DNA of 64,000 nucleotides from Candidatus Omnitrophota bacterium (GTDB lineage Bacteria; Omnitrophota; Gorgyraeia; JAHJTE01): NCBI GenBank assembly GCA_018830005.1, contig JAHJTE010000002.1, positions 267,809 to 331,808 of the forward strand, read 5' to 3'. Shown piece by piece: positions 1 to 8,564 of this stretch (position 1 is its first letter; each line of letters starts with the position of its first letter). The notes under the pieces were generated by a model. It saw only the letters and a program-made list of their open reading frames with translations, ran no database searches and was not told where the DNA came from. The position numbers and the translations under genes were made by a program.

Positions 1-978
1 AGCCGAAACCTCTAGATTTATGGGCTTGTGCATTATTTTTAATAATTTCGGTGATGCTGTTTCTATCCCAAGCTGAACTAAATAACAGCCAGCTTCTTTT
101 AGGGATTTAATAATAATTTCATCCACGCAGTCTGCCCTGGTAATAATCCTAAACAGAATTCTTAATTTTCTCTTGCTTATTTCAGAGCAGAATTCAATTG
201 TTGCTTTTCTATCTACAGAGAAACAATCATCATTAAACTGGAAGCATCGGATATTATAAGTTCTATTTAGAAATTCAATTTCATCAACTACTTTTTTTGC
301 AGAGCGGTGTCTCCATTTCTTCCACATAAGGCGATTTGAACAAAAATTACATCTACCTATACATCCTCGAGAAAATAAAATTCCTGCGCCTGCTTCTTTA
401 GAAAGATCTACCCCCTCATAGACAAAATTATTGTGAGTACCATATCTTCTCGGTTCAATAAGATTCCAGGCAGGCATTGGTAAGACATCGAGATCTTCAA
501 TATTAGGTCGTGGTTCATTTATAATAATTTTATTATTCTTTTTAAAACCCAATCCTAATATATCTTCCAGCCTCCTGCCTTGGCATAAATCCAGCATAAG
601 ATATTCACCTTCACCTATGCCAACCATATCAACAAAGGGATAATTATCTAGTAATTGCTGCCCCATCAAGGTTGGATGATGTCCTCCTAATATAACAATG
701 ACATCCGTGAAATTTTCTTTAACAATTTTCGCGACTTTAATGGCCTGGATACGCGCATAAGTAGGACAGGCTATTCCGACAATATCCGGTCGATATTCTC
801 TAATCTTTCTTAAAATTGAATCCCAGCCGTCCAAAAAAGCATCCAGTATTTGCACCGGGATATTATTTTGGCGCAATACAGCGGCTATATACATCAAGCC
901 CAAGGGGGCAGAGGTAGACCTTCCCGGAGAACTCTCAGGAGGATTTATTAGTAATACTCTTGTGCTTTTTTCAAACAT
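1..978 (-). CDS. B12-binding-domain radical SAM protein (class B rSAM), 3' part truncated by the window edge
   Basis: Minus-strand ATG at 976-978 opens MFEKSTRVLLINPPESSPGRSTSAPLGLMYIAAVLRQNNIPVQILDAF..., with the same N-terminal architecture as the five other B12-rSAM paralogs in the window (Rossmann-like B12 domain, then a Cys-rich radical SAM core). No stop before position 1. Absent from the ORF track because it is open at the edge. Confidence 0.8.
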   Translation of the reverse strand, partial: MFEKSTRVLLINPPESSPGRSTSAPLGLMYIAAVLRQNNIPVQILDAFLDGWDSILRKIREYRPDIVGIACPTYARIQAIKVAKIVKENFTDVIVILGGHHPTLMGQQLLDNYPFVDMVGIGEGEYLMLDLCQGRRLEDILGLGFKKNNKIIINEPRPNIEDLDVLPMPAWNLIEPRRYGTHNNFVYEGVDLSKEAGAGILFSRGCIGRCNFCSNRLMWKKWRHRSAKKVVDEIEFLNRTYNIRCFQFNDDCFSVDRKATIEFCSEISKRKLRILFRIITRADCVDEIIIKSLKEAGCYLVQLGIETASPKLLKIMHKPINLEVSA

Positions 979-1039
979 TTATCTTCCCTTAAATTTATTT
1001 CTAGAAAATGTTTTAAGCCTTAAATATTGCTGAGGACCT

Positions 1040-1212
1040 ATCAATTTTAGAATTAAAGTATATAGAAAAAATAATAATTATTATTTGAGAAGGTCTTTCT
1101 ATATCCCTTCTCTTTAGTCCTCCCGAAATTGTTAAAAAATCACACTCTTCTAATCCCAACAATTTCCTATCCAATACTATATATTCGGTAATAAATTTTG
1201 TGCTTTCTCCTT
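1040..1212 (-). pseudogene. Degenerate relic of the 3' end of the DUF2079-like membrane-protein gene (copy of ~3482-3660)
   Basis: ~170 bp with ends near-identical to 3482-3660 (attttagaattaaagtatata... and ...ctatccaa(g/t)actatatattcggt(g/a)ataaatt...). Minus-strand translation gives GESTKFITEYIVLDRKLLGLEECDF... versus ESTKFITEYIVLDRELLGLDEHDFF at the C-terminus of the 3433..5178 protein. It overlaps the last 11 codons of the FkbM gene in another frame. Confidence 0.45.
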
Positions 1213-1989
1213 TGGAATAAAAATATAATTATAACTATCAGCATTGAGGTAGATATAATTCTTTAATAAGTTTTTTATATTTTGAGCAATATCCTTATAA
1301 AAAATCTCAATAAGTAAAATAGGCCTAAACTCATTTAGATTTTTAAATCCTTTTAATATTTCTAATTCATGGCTTTCAGTATCAATTTTTATTAAATCAA
1401 TACGAGTTAATTGCTTTTCTTCTATAAATCTATTAAGCGTTTGTGTCGGAATCGTAGTCTTTACAATTTTACTATTAGAATAATCTAAATTTTTACTTAA
1501 TGTTGCTGGATAACTGTTTTCTGCCGATGTATTAGAAATGACTGCTTTTCCGTTTGAATTAGAAAGAGCGTAAGGCTGACAATATATATTGTAGTTATTA
1601 AGTTGACAGTTATATTGCAACTTTTGGAATATTCTAGGAATAGGCTCAAAGGCATAAACTTCTGCTAAAGGATTTATAGTTTTTGCAACTAATGAATAAA
1701 TACCGGTATTTGCTCCAATATCGAGTATCACTTTCGATTTTTTGCAAGATTTGATCCAGATATCCATTGAAGTTTTCTCATAGCCTTCTAATCCCTTCCA
1801 AAATACTTGATTTTCTATCGCGTATCCGTAATGCTGCATAAAAAAAGATGTTTTATTAATTTTAACTCTAATTTTACTTTTGAAATACAAATGTTTGAAT
1901 ATAGTCTCAGGAGGTATCCAAAATAATTTAATAAATGAGTATATTTGCTTTTTAAAAGGTATTAATTCGTAAATTTTTTTTATTAACAT
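1177..1989 (-). CDS. FkbM-family SAM-dependent methyltransferase
   Basis: VILDIGANTGIYSL glycine-rich SAM-binding motif and overall FkbM-like length and layout (270 aa). Confidence 0.75.
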   Translation of the reverse strand: MLIKKIYELIPFKKQIYSFIKLFWIPPETIFKHLYFKSKIRVKINKTSFFMQHYGYAIENQVFWKGLEGYEKTSMDIWIKSCKKSKVILDIGANTGIYSLVAKTINPLAEVYAFEPIPRIFQKLQYNCQLNNYNIYCQPYALSNSNGKAVISNTSAENSYPATLSKNLDYSNSKIVKTTIPTQTLNRFIEEKQLTRIDLIKIDTESHELEILKGFKNLNEFRPILLIEIFYKDIAQNIKNLLKNYIYLNADSYNYIFIPKEKAQNLLPNI

Positions 1990-2180
1990 TCTTATTCTTT
2001 TTCTTGGATAAGAATTGATCCTATTGGAAATGCATTTATATAATTAATGCGTAAATGCGAGAGATTTTATTTCATCATTAGATGTATAATATCGTCGTTG
2101 TGTTTTAATAATATAGTATTATTAATCTCCCTTCTTTTTACCTTTTTCCTACTCGTAACCTAGGCTCTTATAATAATAAA
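1990..2180. promoter_or_regulatory. Only sizeable non-coding gap in the 5' part of the window; AT-rich, candidate internal promoter/regulatory region upstream of the FkbM gene
   Basis: ~190 bp with no ORF, very AT-rich, lying between two co-directional genes in an otherwise gapless array. No specific -35/-10 or terminator hairpin could be confirmed by eye. Confidence 0.2.
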
Positions 2181-3239
2181 TTATCTATTATTAAGAATAA
2201 GGTGTTTAAATTTAGCATCTTTGACTAGTTTATTCTCTAGGAAATCAGCCATGGCTTTAGCAAAGACGGAATTAGCTGCAGGGATAACATGACAATCGTC
2301 TGTGTAAAGATCTAGGTTATTTTCAAATATAGATGTTAAAGAAAAACCATAGGGCAAGCCCTTTACTTTCTCATCATATTTTCTATACAGTTTAGCTAAC
2401 TCAGGTATTGCGTCAAATCTTACAGGTGAGCCATTGGGAACATACCACTTTGCAGGCTGCAAAAAAGTATAGAATCTTATATTCTTTGAGGCAGAGAAAT
2501 CATGTATATCCTCCAATATCCTAACGTAGGCCCCAGAGACCTCTTCTATTCTTTTATCTGTTACACTGCTATAATCATAAGAGCTTTCACCCTTTGCAAC
2601 AGTCTTGGCGAATTCATATGCCCTGACTAAATTTCTAAACAATACTTTAAGGCGAAAGTAAAACTTCCTCTCTGCCTTACCTCTTTGAATCACTTTTATG
2701 TCTCTCCAATTATGAGGAAGAGAGACACATTTGATATACTTGTTTAATTTAAAACTCACTAAATCATTAAACCCGTCTAAACCTATAATCATATCTGGAT
2801 TATAGTGTTGGAGCAGAAGTTGTATAAAAATAAATTCCTGCTCTAAAACATAGCCTGATATTCCTGCATTAATTACTTCTATTCTTTCAGTTTTAAATCT
2901 TTTATTAAGCTCTTTTTGCAAATAAGAAGCAATCGTTTCCTTATATGGAGCAGCGCTGGAGCGAGCCGTACTTCCGCCAGCTAAAATAATTCTGTAATCT
3001 TGCGGGTCCTTCATTCTTGTACTCTTGCTATATAATCCGTCGTCATTAATAAAGTTACTTTTATCGCTCTTAAAAGAATAATAAAGGTAAGGATAATCTA
3101 TTGTTCCTTCAAGATACAATATTTGATGCCTTGCGTCTTTTAAGAAAAATACAATCCCAAAGAATATCTCCAAAGCAAAAAATATAAGGAAAATCGAAAC
3201 AATGATAAAACTTATTCTCTCGGATTTTAACTTTAACAT
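2181..3239 (-). CDS. Membrane-anchored SGNH/GDSL-fold hydrolase-type protein (candidate glycan O-acyl esterase or acyltransferase)
   Basis: N-terminal TM helix; block-I-like IILAGGSTARSS, GxND-like GLDGFNDLV, and block V DDCHVIP (DxxH). Confidence 0.5.
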   Translation of the reverse strand: MLKLKSERISFIIVSIFLIFFALEIFFGIVFFLKDARHQILYLEGTIDYPYLYYSFKSDKSNFINDDGLYSKSTRMKDPQDYRIILAGGSTARSSAAPYKETIASYLQKELNKRFKTERIEVINAGISGYVLEQEFIFIQLLLQHYNPDMIIGLDGFNDLVSFKLNKYIKCVSLPHNWRDIKVIQRGKAERKFYFRLKVLFRNLVRAYEFAKTVAKGESSYDYSSVTDKRIEEVSGAYVRILEDIHDFSASKNIRFYTFLQPAKWYVPNGSPVRFDAIPELAKLYRKYDEKVKGLPYGFSLTSIFENNLDLYTDDCHVIPAANSVFAKAMADFLENKLVKDAKFKHLILNNR

Positions 3240-3245
3240 ATGTTT

Positions 3246-3404
3246 TTAAAATAAGGTATAAATAAAAGGCGCTACTGCAGACGATTCAGTAAAAATAATT
3301 AAAAGTGAAAATAACAAGAGTACAATTACTATCGGCAAAAGCCAATATCTTTTCCTGATGCGCATAAACTGCCATAATTCTTTCAAGATAGAAAGTTTTC
3401 CCAT
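3246..3404 (-). CDS. DUF5989-family small membrane protein (SxtK-like), usually co-encoded with carbamoyltransferase/SxtJ-like genes
   Basis: 52-aa product MGKLSILKELWQFMRIRKRYWLLPIVIVLLLFSLLIIFTESSAVAPFIYTLF. The KELWxFxRxRKxxWLLPI...SAVAPFIYTLF pattern is characteristic of this family. I prefer the internal start at 3404 over the 116-aa ORF-track version, which overlaps the upstream gene. Confidence 0.6.
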   Translation of the reverse strand: MGKLSILKELWQFMRIRKRYWLLPIVIVLLLFSLLIIFTESSAVAPFIYTLF

Positions 3405-3432
3405 TACTGTCCTCCCCTTTTTATCTGTTAGC

Positions 3433-5178
3433 TTAACCTGCATCAAAAAAAATAATCTTCTTAGGTTGTTTCTCCAATAACGATTTCTCGATTTTAGAAT
3501 TAAAGTATATATGGAAAGAATTGAACCTATCAAAGAAAGTTTTTTCATAGCCTTTTTTATTAAGGGCTTGCGAGATAGCAAAAAAATCATGTTCATCTAA
3601 TCCTAATAATTCCCTATCCAAGACTATATATTCGGTGATAAATTTAGTGCTTTCTAAACTTTGCCATAGATATATATATTTGCGATGAGAAAGATGTGGA
3701 CCTAAATTATGCACAGTATACACTGACGCATCTTTGGGAATAAGTTTTAAATACGAAATTTTCTCTTGTGCACGAATTTCTTCAGCGCCTCTAATAAACT
3801 TTGCAAATTTATGTCCGTCACTCTTTCCGAAGAATAATAAAGAGACTGTTATAATAAATATCGAAAGCCAGAAAGCAATACTTTTTCTTCTACTCCCAGA
3901 GTTTTTGACTTTCGATAAATGATCAACCAGCCAACCAACACCATATATCGCTGAAATAAAAATAAACGGCATGGTGTGTGCTGGATAATGTGAGCTAATT
4001 GTTTGCATCCCTGTATGCCTAAGGCTTCCCGCAATATGTGTCAATAAAGGAACAATAACTAAAAGAAGAGAACCAGGACTTAAAAATGATAAGAATCCCA
4101 AGGGGCCAAATAGCTTAAGATAATAAACAATCTTCTCTTTGCTCAAAAAGAGCTCTATTAAAAGGTGCGGATTTTTTATAACAGCACTCAGATTCTCTAA
4201 ATAAGTCTTACCAAATGGTAACCATGTTAAATATGGATAATCTTGCGAATTTGCAAAATGAGGAATTATATACCTTGTTAATAAAACCCAGGCACTGATA
4301 CCTAAAACAAATAAAAATAGTCCTAACTTATATTGCCTTTTAACTAAGACAATGAAAATTCCAAAACCAATAATTATAAAGGCAACATTTTCCTTGCACA
4401 ATAACATAAAAAAAAGAGACAGAATAAATAAACTTATTCGATTTTTAATTAAAAGATAGAAGCTTAAAAATGCTAAAGGGACTAAAAATGCTTCTGTGTG
4501 AAAATCCAAGAAACCGATTCCTCTTACTGAGCGAGAGAAAAAATATGCGAAAATGAAAGCAAATATCAAGCTTCGACTACCTAATCTATTCTTAGCAATT
4601 AAATAAAGTGGAAATATTGCCAAGCCCAGAAAGAGAGATTTTAAAAATATCAAAACAGTTACATTTGGCCAAAGCATATATAGCGGCACGATTAAAAATA
4701 GAATAGGCTCAAAATGTGCACCTAAATGGTTTATATTTCCATCTAATGATGAAAATAAAGTATCTCCTTTTGTAGTATTGTAAATTGCCTGATCGGTCAC
4801 TGTCAGATCCATACCAGATGATAGAGCCGTGTGTCTTGCGATGCCCATAGACAGAAATATAATAAGGAAGGCACTAAAAATTGAAACTAAAATTACCTTA
4901 TCATTTAATTTGGTAATATTTTTGATAGCCTTTATAAATTTAATCTCAAGGAAGGAGTCTTTATGTATAAGGTATCTTACTGCCAACAAGAATATAAGTA
5001 TTATCGTCTGAACGGATATATTAGAAATATCTTCAAAAGGAAGACTAAATTTATTATGAAATTTTAATAGAACGAATGAGTAATCGGTAAAAATTAAGCT
5101 AACAAAAAAAATAGAATATAGATTTAAGAAAAAATCATAGATATTTAAAAAAGCCTTGGCTATATTAGAATTACTCAT
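3433..5178 (-). CDS. Large polytopic membrane protein, DUF2079-like (predicted membrane glycosyltransferase-type protein)
   Basis: 581 aa, at least 10 predicted TM helices, conserved-looking HLGAHFEPILFLIVPLYMLWP segment, ~150-aa hydrophilic C-terminal domain. Confidence 0.45.
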   Translation of the reverse strand: MSNSNIAKAFLNIYDFFLNLYSIFFVSLIFTDYSFVLLKFHNKFSLPFEDISNISVQTIILIFLLAVRYLIHKDSFLEIKFIKAIKNITKLNDKVILVSIFSAFLIIFLSMGIARHTALSSGMDLTVTDQAIYNTTKGDTLFSSLDGNINHLGAHFEPILFLIVPLYMLWPNVTVLIFLKSLFLGLAIFPLYLIAKNRLGSRSLIFAFIFAYFFSRSVRGIGFLDFHTEAFLVPLAFLSFYLLIKNRISLFILSLFFMLLCKENVAFIIIGFGIFIVLVKRQYKLGLFLFVLGISAWVLLTRYIIPHFANSQDYPYLTWLPFGKTYLENLSAVIKNPHLLIELFLSKEKIVYYLKLFGPLGFLSFLSPGSLLLVIVPLLTHIAGSLRHTGMQTISSHYPAHTMPFIFISAIYGVGWLVDHLSKVKNSGSRRKSIAFWLSIFIITVSLLFFGKSDGHKFAKFIRGAEEIRAQEKISYLKLIPKDASVYTVHNLGPHLSHRKYIYLWQSLESTKFITEYIVLDRELLGLDEHDFFAISQALNKKGYEKTFFDRFNSFHIYFNSKIEKSLLEKQPKKIIFFDAG

Positions 5179-5205
5179 ATTATTATCGCTTGTTAATGAA
5201 ACTCT

Positions 5206-5595
5206 CTAAAATTGCCTAAGATAATCTTCCCTATTACTAATTTGCTCTGGCTTAACCCAGTAACTAGATTGCCTAGACTTTTTAAGTTGTAGGAAGTCTT
5301 TTCCTAGAAAACGTGAGAATAATCCTATTGGAGTAATTACCAAATAATAGAGAAAGGTTAATACAGTGATTGTCAATATGCTCATTATGAAATGGAATGA
5401 ACCCTTGAATACTTTGGATAGTGGTTCTAACCAAGCAGTCCTTAATATTGCCAGAGTGAATAAAGTTGCTGAAATCGCTAGAATTAAATAATAACCAACG
5501 ATATTATTCTTGAGAAATAATCTTATACAAATAACCGAAGTTGCAACTGTTAAAGCCAAACCAAATAGTTTTAAGTCTTTAGTGTCTTGCTTCAT
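5206..5595 (-). CDS. SxtJ-like small membrane protein (carbamoyltransferase-associated)
   Basis: 129 aa, three TM helices, immediately downstream of and translationally abutting the carbamoyltransferase gene (its start at 5595, the upstream stop at 5596), a typical arrangement. Confidence 0.55.
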   Translation of the reverse strand: MKQDTKDLKLFGLALTVATSVICIRLFLKNNIVGYYLILAISATLFTLAILRTAWLEPLSKVFKGSFHFIMSILTITVLTFLYYLVITPIGLFSRFLGKDFLQLKKSRQSSYWVKPEQISNREDYLRQF

Positions 5596-7413
5596 TTAAT
5601 CTAATTCCGCATACTTAAGAGGCTTAATCTTGCGAGATGATGTTTTCTGTTCAGATTTAGCTAATAAAAACGAACCCATAACTAGATAATCCATATCAGT
5701 TCTCAAAAAGCAATTGAATGCATCTTGTGGACTACATACAATCGGCTCACCTCTCACATTGAATGAAGTATTAATAACAACAGGGCAACCTGTCTTTTTA
5801 TAAAAAGCATTGATTAAATCGTAATAGATCGGGTTATCCTCGTGCTTAACAGTCTGAATCCTTGCCGAGTAGTCAACATGAGTAACAGCAGGAATATCAG
5901 AACGGATTACCCTCAATTTATCAATTCCCTTTAATTTCTTTTCATTTTCCTTTAAGGAATACCTATGGTCATTTTTTACCGGAGCAGTTAATAACATGTA
6001 GGGGCTTTCTCTATCAATTTCAAAATATTCTCCCGCCTTCTCTTTCAATACAGTTGGCGCAAAAGGCCTAAAAGATTCCCTGAACTTTATCTTAAGATTC
6101 ATTTTGGACTGCATCTTTCGAGATCTTGCATCTCCTAAAATGCTTCGCGAACCAAGTGCCCTTGGGCCAAATTCCATCCTATTCTGAAACCAACCAATAA
6201 CCTTCTCATCCGCAATCAACTGAGCAACCTTATCGACCAATTCATCTGGCGATAATTTAATATAAGAGACATCTTTTTTTCTAAGAAAATTCTCTATGTG
6301 GTCATCATCGAAATGAGTACCTAAAAGAGAGGCCTTCTGAGAATCTTTGCCTGAAGTATTTCTAGGTTTATTTAGAAATTTATACCAAATTAATAAGGCG
6401 ACTCCCAATGCTCCTCCAGCATCACCGCTTGCTGGCTGAATCCAGATATCCTCAAATGGACCTTCTCTCAAAATCCGGCCATTCCCCACGCAATTTAAGG
6501 CTACGCCTCCTGCCAAACATAACTTTCTTTTACCGGTTACCTTATGAACGTGACGAGCCATACGTAACATAATTTCTTCTGTAACCGCCTGAATAGAACG
6601 AGCTAGGTCCATATCTCGCTCTCTAATTAGTGTCTCAGGTTTTCTCGCAGGGCCACCAAATAGCTTTTCAAATTTTCTATTAATCATGCGCAGACCATTG
6701 CAAAAACCAAAATATCTCATATTTAGTCTAAACGAACCATCCTGCTTCAAATCAATCAATTCTTTAAGAATTAGATTAACGTATTTTGCTTGACCATAAG
6801 GAGCAAGGCCCATTAATTTGTATTCACCGGAATTGACTCTAAAACCAGTATAATAGGTAAATGCTGAATATAACAACCCGAGAGAATGCGGGAATCTTAA
6901 GGAGCGCTCAATCTTAAAATCATTATCTTTTCCTGTGCCAAAACTTGCTGTATCCCACTCTCCAACACCATCCATTGTCAAAAATGCTGCCTCCTTAAAT
7001 GGCGAAGGATAAAATGCGCTCGCTGCATGCGCCTCATGATGTTGGCTAAAAATAATCTCAGCATTAAAACCAAGAAGATTCTTGTAAATAGAGTCCTTTG
7101 TCCAAAGTTTCTCTCTTATCCACAAGGGCATGGCTTGTAAAAACTGTCTTATACCACTTGGAGCAAAAGTAAGAGTAGTCTCTAAAATGCGCTCAAACTT
7201 AAGAAACGGTTTATCATAAAAACCAACATAGTCTAAATCCCTAGGTTGAATATTCGCTTCAGAAAGACAATAATTTATTGAATTAGTCGGAAAACTAAAA
7301 TCATGCTTCTTTCTGGTAAAGCGTTCTTCTTGAGCCGCTGCTAAAATTTCTCCATCCTTAATTAAGCAAGCAGCACTATCATGATAAAAAGCTGAGATCC
7401 CTAATATATACAT
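5596..7413 (-). CDS. Carbamoyltransferase (NodU/CmcH family O-carbamoyltransferase)
   Basis: N-terminus MYILGISAFYHDSAACLIKDGEILAAAQEERFTRKKHD is the canonical NodU/CmcH start, and the 605-aa length fits the family. Confidence 0.9.
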   Translation of the reverse strand: MYILGISAFYHDSAACLIKDGEILAAAQEERFTRKKHDFSFPTNSINYCLSEANIQPRDLDYVGFYDKPFLKFERILETTLTFAPSGIRQFLQAMPLWIREKLWTKDSIYKNLLGFNAEIIFSQHHEAHAASAFYPSPFKEAAFLTMDGVGEWDTASFGTGKDNDFKIERSLRFPHSLGLLYSAFTYYTGFRVNSGEYKLMGLAPYGQAKYVNLILKELIDLKQDGSFRLNMRYFGFCNGLRMINRKFEKLFGGPARKPETLIRERDMDLARSIQAVTEEIMLRMARHVHKVTGKRKLCLAGGVALNCVGNGRILREGPFEDIWIQPASGDAGGALGVALLIWYKFLNKPRNTSGKDSQKASLLGTHFDDDHIENFLRKKDVSYIKLSPDELVDKVAQLIADEKVIGWFQNRMEFGPRALGSRSILGDARSRKMQSKMNLKIKFRESFRPFAPTVLKEKAGEYFEIDRESPYMLLTAPVKNDHRYSLKENEKKLKGIDKLRVIRSDIPAVTHVDYSARIQTVKHEDNPIYYDLINAFYKKTGCPVVINTSFNVRGEPIVCSPQDAFNCFLRTDMDYLVMGSFLLAKSEQKTSSRKIKPLKYAELD

Positions 7414-7438
7414 TAACCTAACTCTTTCCTTTTAAAAA

Positions 7439-8551
7439 TTATGTCGAAGTCAGACCCTTCTCTTCTAATTCTCTGGTTGCAATCTCAATTCTATCCTCAG
7501 CAGAAACTGTCTTTGACCACTCTACTAAATCACGCATCCCCTGCTCGAAACTTACGTTAGGAGAAAACCCTAAAGCCCCTATTGCAGAGATATCGGCAAA
7601 ACAATGTCTGATATCGCCCTTTCTATATTTATTAACAACATCTGGCTCCATATTTTTATCGTGAAGTCTGATAAGGATCTTAGCGATATCAAGAATAGAA
7701 GTTGGCTTACCGCTGCCAACATTAAAAGATTTATAATCAGCATTTGAATTAGTCATTGCCAGGATATTAGCATCAACGATGTCATTCACATGGATAAAAT
7801 CCCTTGATTGTAGACCGTCTTCATAGATAATTGGCCGGTTGCTATTCTTTATGCGTGCTGAAAATATTGCACATACACCGGTATATGGATTTGAAAGAGC
7901 CTGCCTCGGACCATAGATATTAAAATACCTTAAGGCTACTGTAGGTATTTTGTATGTCTTCCCGATAAGTAAACTTAGCTGCTCCTGGTGTAGTTTAGAG
8001 AAGGCGTAAATAGATGTAGATAAAAGTAGCTTGCCTTCTTTTGTTGGTATTGGCTTTGCGATCTCGTTGCATTGTAAGCAATGCATTTGCCAATCGCCTT
8101 TGGCAAGCTGTGCCTCGCTTCTTAAATCAGGGATAAAATCTCCGCATTTATTACAACTATAGGCACCTTCACCGTAAATACTCATTGAACTAGCGATGAT
8201 AAGTTTTCTTACGTTATTCTTCTCATTGACTAAAATATCTAAAAGATTGGCTGTGCCTAAAGTATTGGAATCTATATAATGGGAAATTTTATACATAGAT
8301 TGGCCCACGCCAACTACAGCTGCTTCGTGAAATACAATATCAGAACCAACTAATACCTTTCTAAAGGCATCTCTATCCCTTACGTCACCTATAATATATT
8401 CGGCTTTAGGATTAAGATAATCGAGCTTCTTGCCTTGATGCACCTGCTCATCAAGATTATCAAAGACTATTACCTTATGCCCTTCCCGTACTAACCTATC
8501 AACCAAATGCGAACCAACAAAACCAGCACCGCCTGTAACAAGAATCTTCAT
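7439..8551 (-). CDS. NAD-dependent nucleotide-sugar epimerase/dehydratase (extended SDR) with an inserted Cys4 zinc-ribbon
   Basis: MKILVTGGAGFVGSHLVDRLV Rossmann motif and a YxxxK region. The insertion CNKCGDFIPDLRSEAQLAKGDWQMHCLQCNE (CxxC-x22-CxxC) is not found in the other five SDR paralogs here. Confidence 0.85.
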   Translation of the reverse strand: MKILVTGGAGFVGSHLVDRLVREGHKVIVFDNLDEQVHQGKKLDYLNPKAEYIIGDVRDRDAFRKVLVGSDIVFHEAAVVGVGQSMYKISHYIDSNTLGTANLLDILVNEKNNVRKLIIASSMSIYGEGAYSCNKCGDFIPDLRSEAQLAKGDWQMHCLQCNEIAKPIPTKEGKLLLSTSIYAFSKLHQEQLSLLIGKTYKIPTVALRYFNIYGPRQALSNPYTGVCAIFSARIKNSNRPIIYEDGLQSRDFIHVNDIVDANILAMTNSNADYKSFNVGSGKPTSILDIAKILIRLHDKNMEPDVVNKYRKGDIRHCFADISAIGALGFSPNVSFEQGMRDLVEWSKTVSAEDRIEIATRELEEKGLTST

Positions 8552-8564
8552 AATTAAACCCCTC

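Noticed and set aside
3246..3596. 116-aa version of the DUF5989 ORF and the nested minus-strand ORFs 3849-4034, 41402-41599, 42257-42550, 44113-44331, 52481-52681, 55388-55597
   Set aside because: The long 3246-3596 form overlaps the C-terminus of the DUF2079-like gene in another frame. Only its last 52 codons (3246-3404) carry the conserved DUF5989 sequence. The other listed ORFs are out-of-frame ORFs inside larger same-strand genes.
3734..3922. Plus-strand ORFs throughout the window (e.g. 3734-3922, 4829-5011, 9381-9852, 12201-12410, 13586-14074, 16135-16856, 17858-18112, 18617-19708, 22194-22604, 26848-27102, 32291-32617, 37055-37363, 40277-40774, 42745-43079, 47642-48176, 48875-49117, 50523-50759, 56095-56397, 57192-57479, 59769-60122)
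   Set aside because: All are short (60-160 aa) and lie entirely antisense within long, motif-bearing minus-strand genes. Their translations are low-complexity with no recognisable domains. They are shadow ORFs of an AT-rich coding strand.
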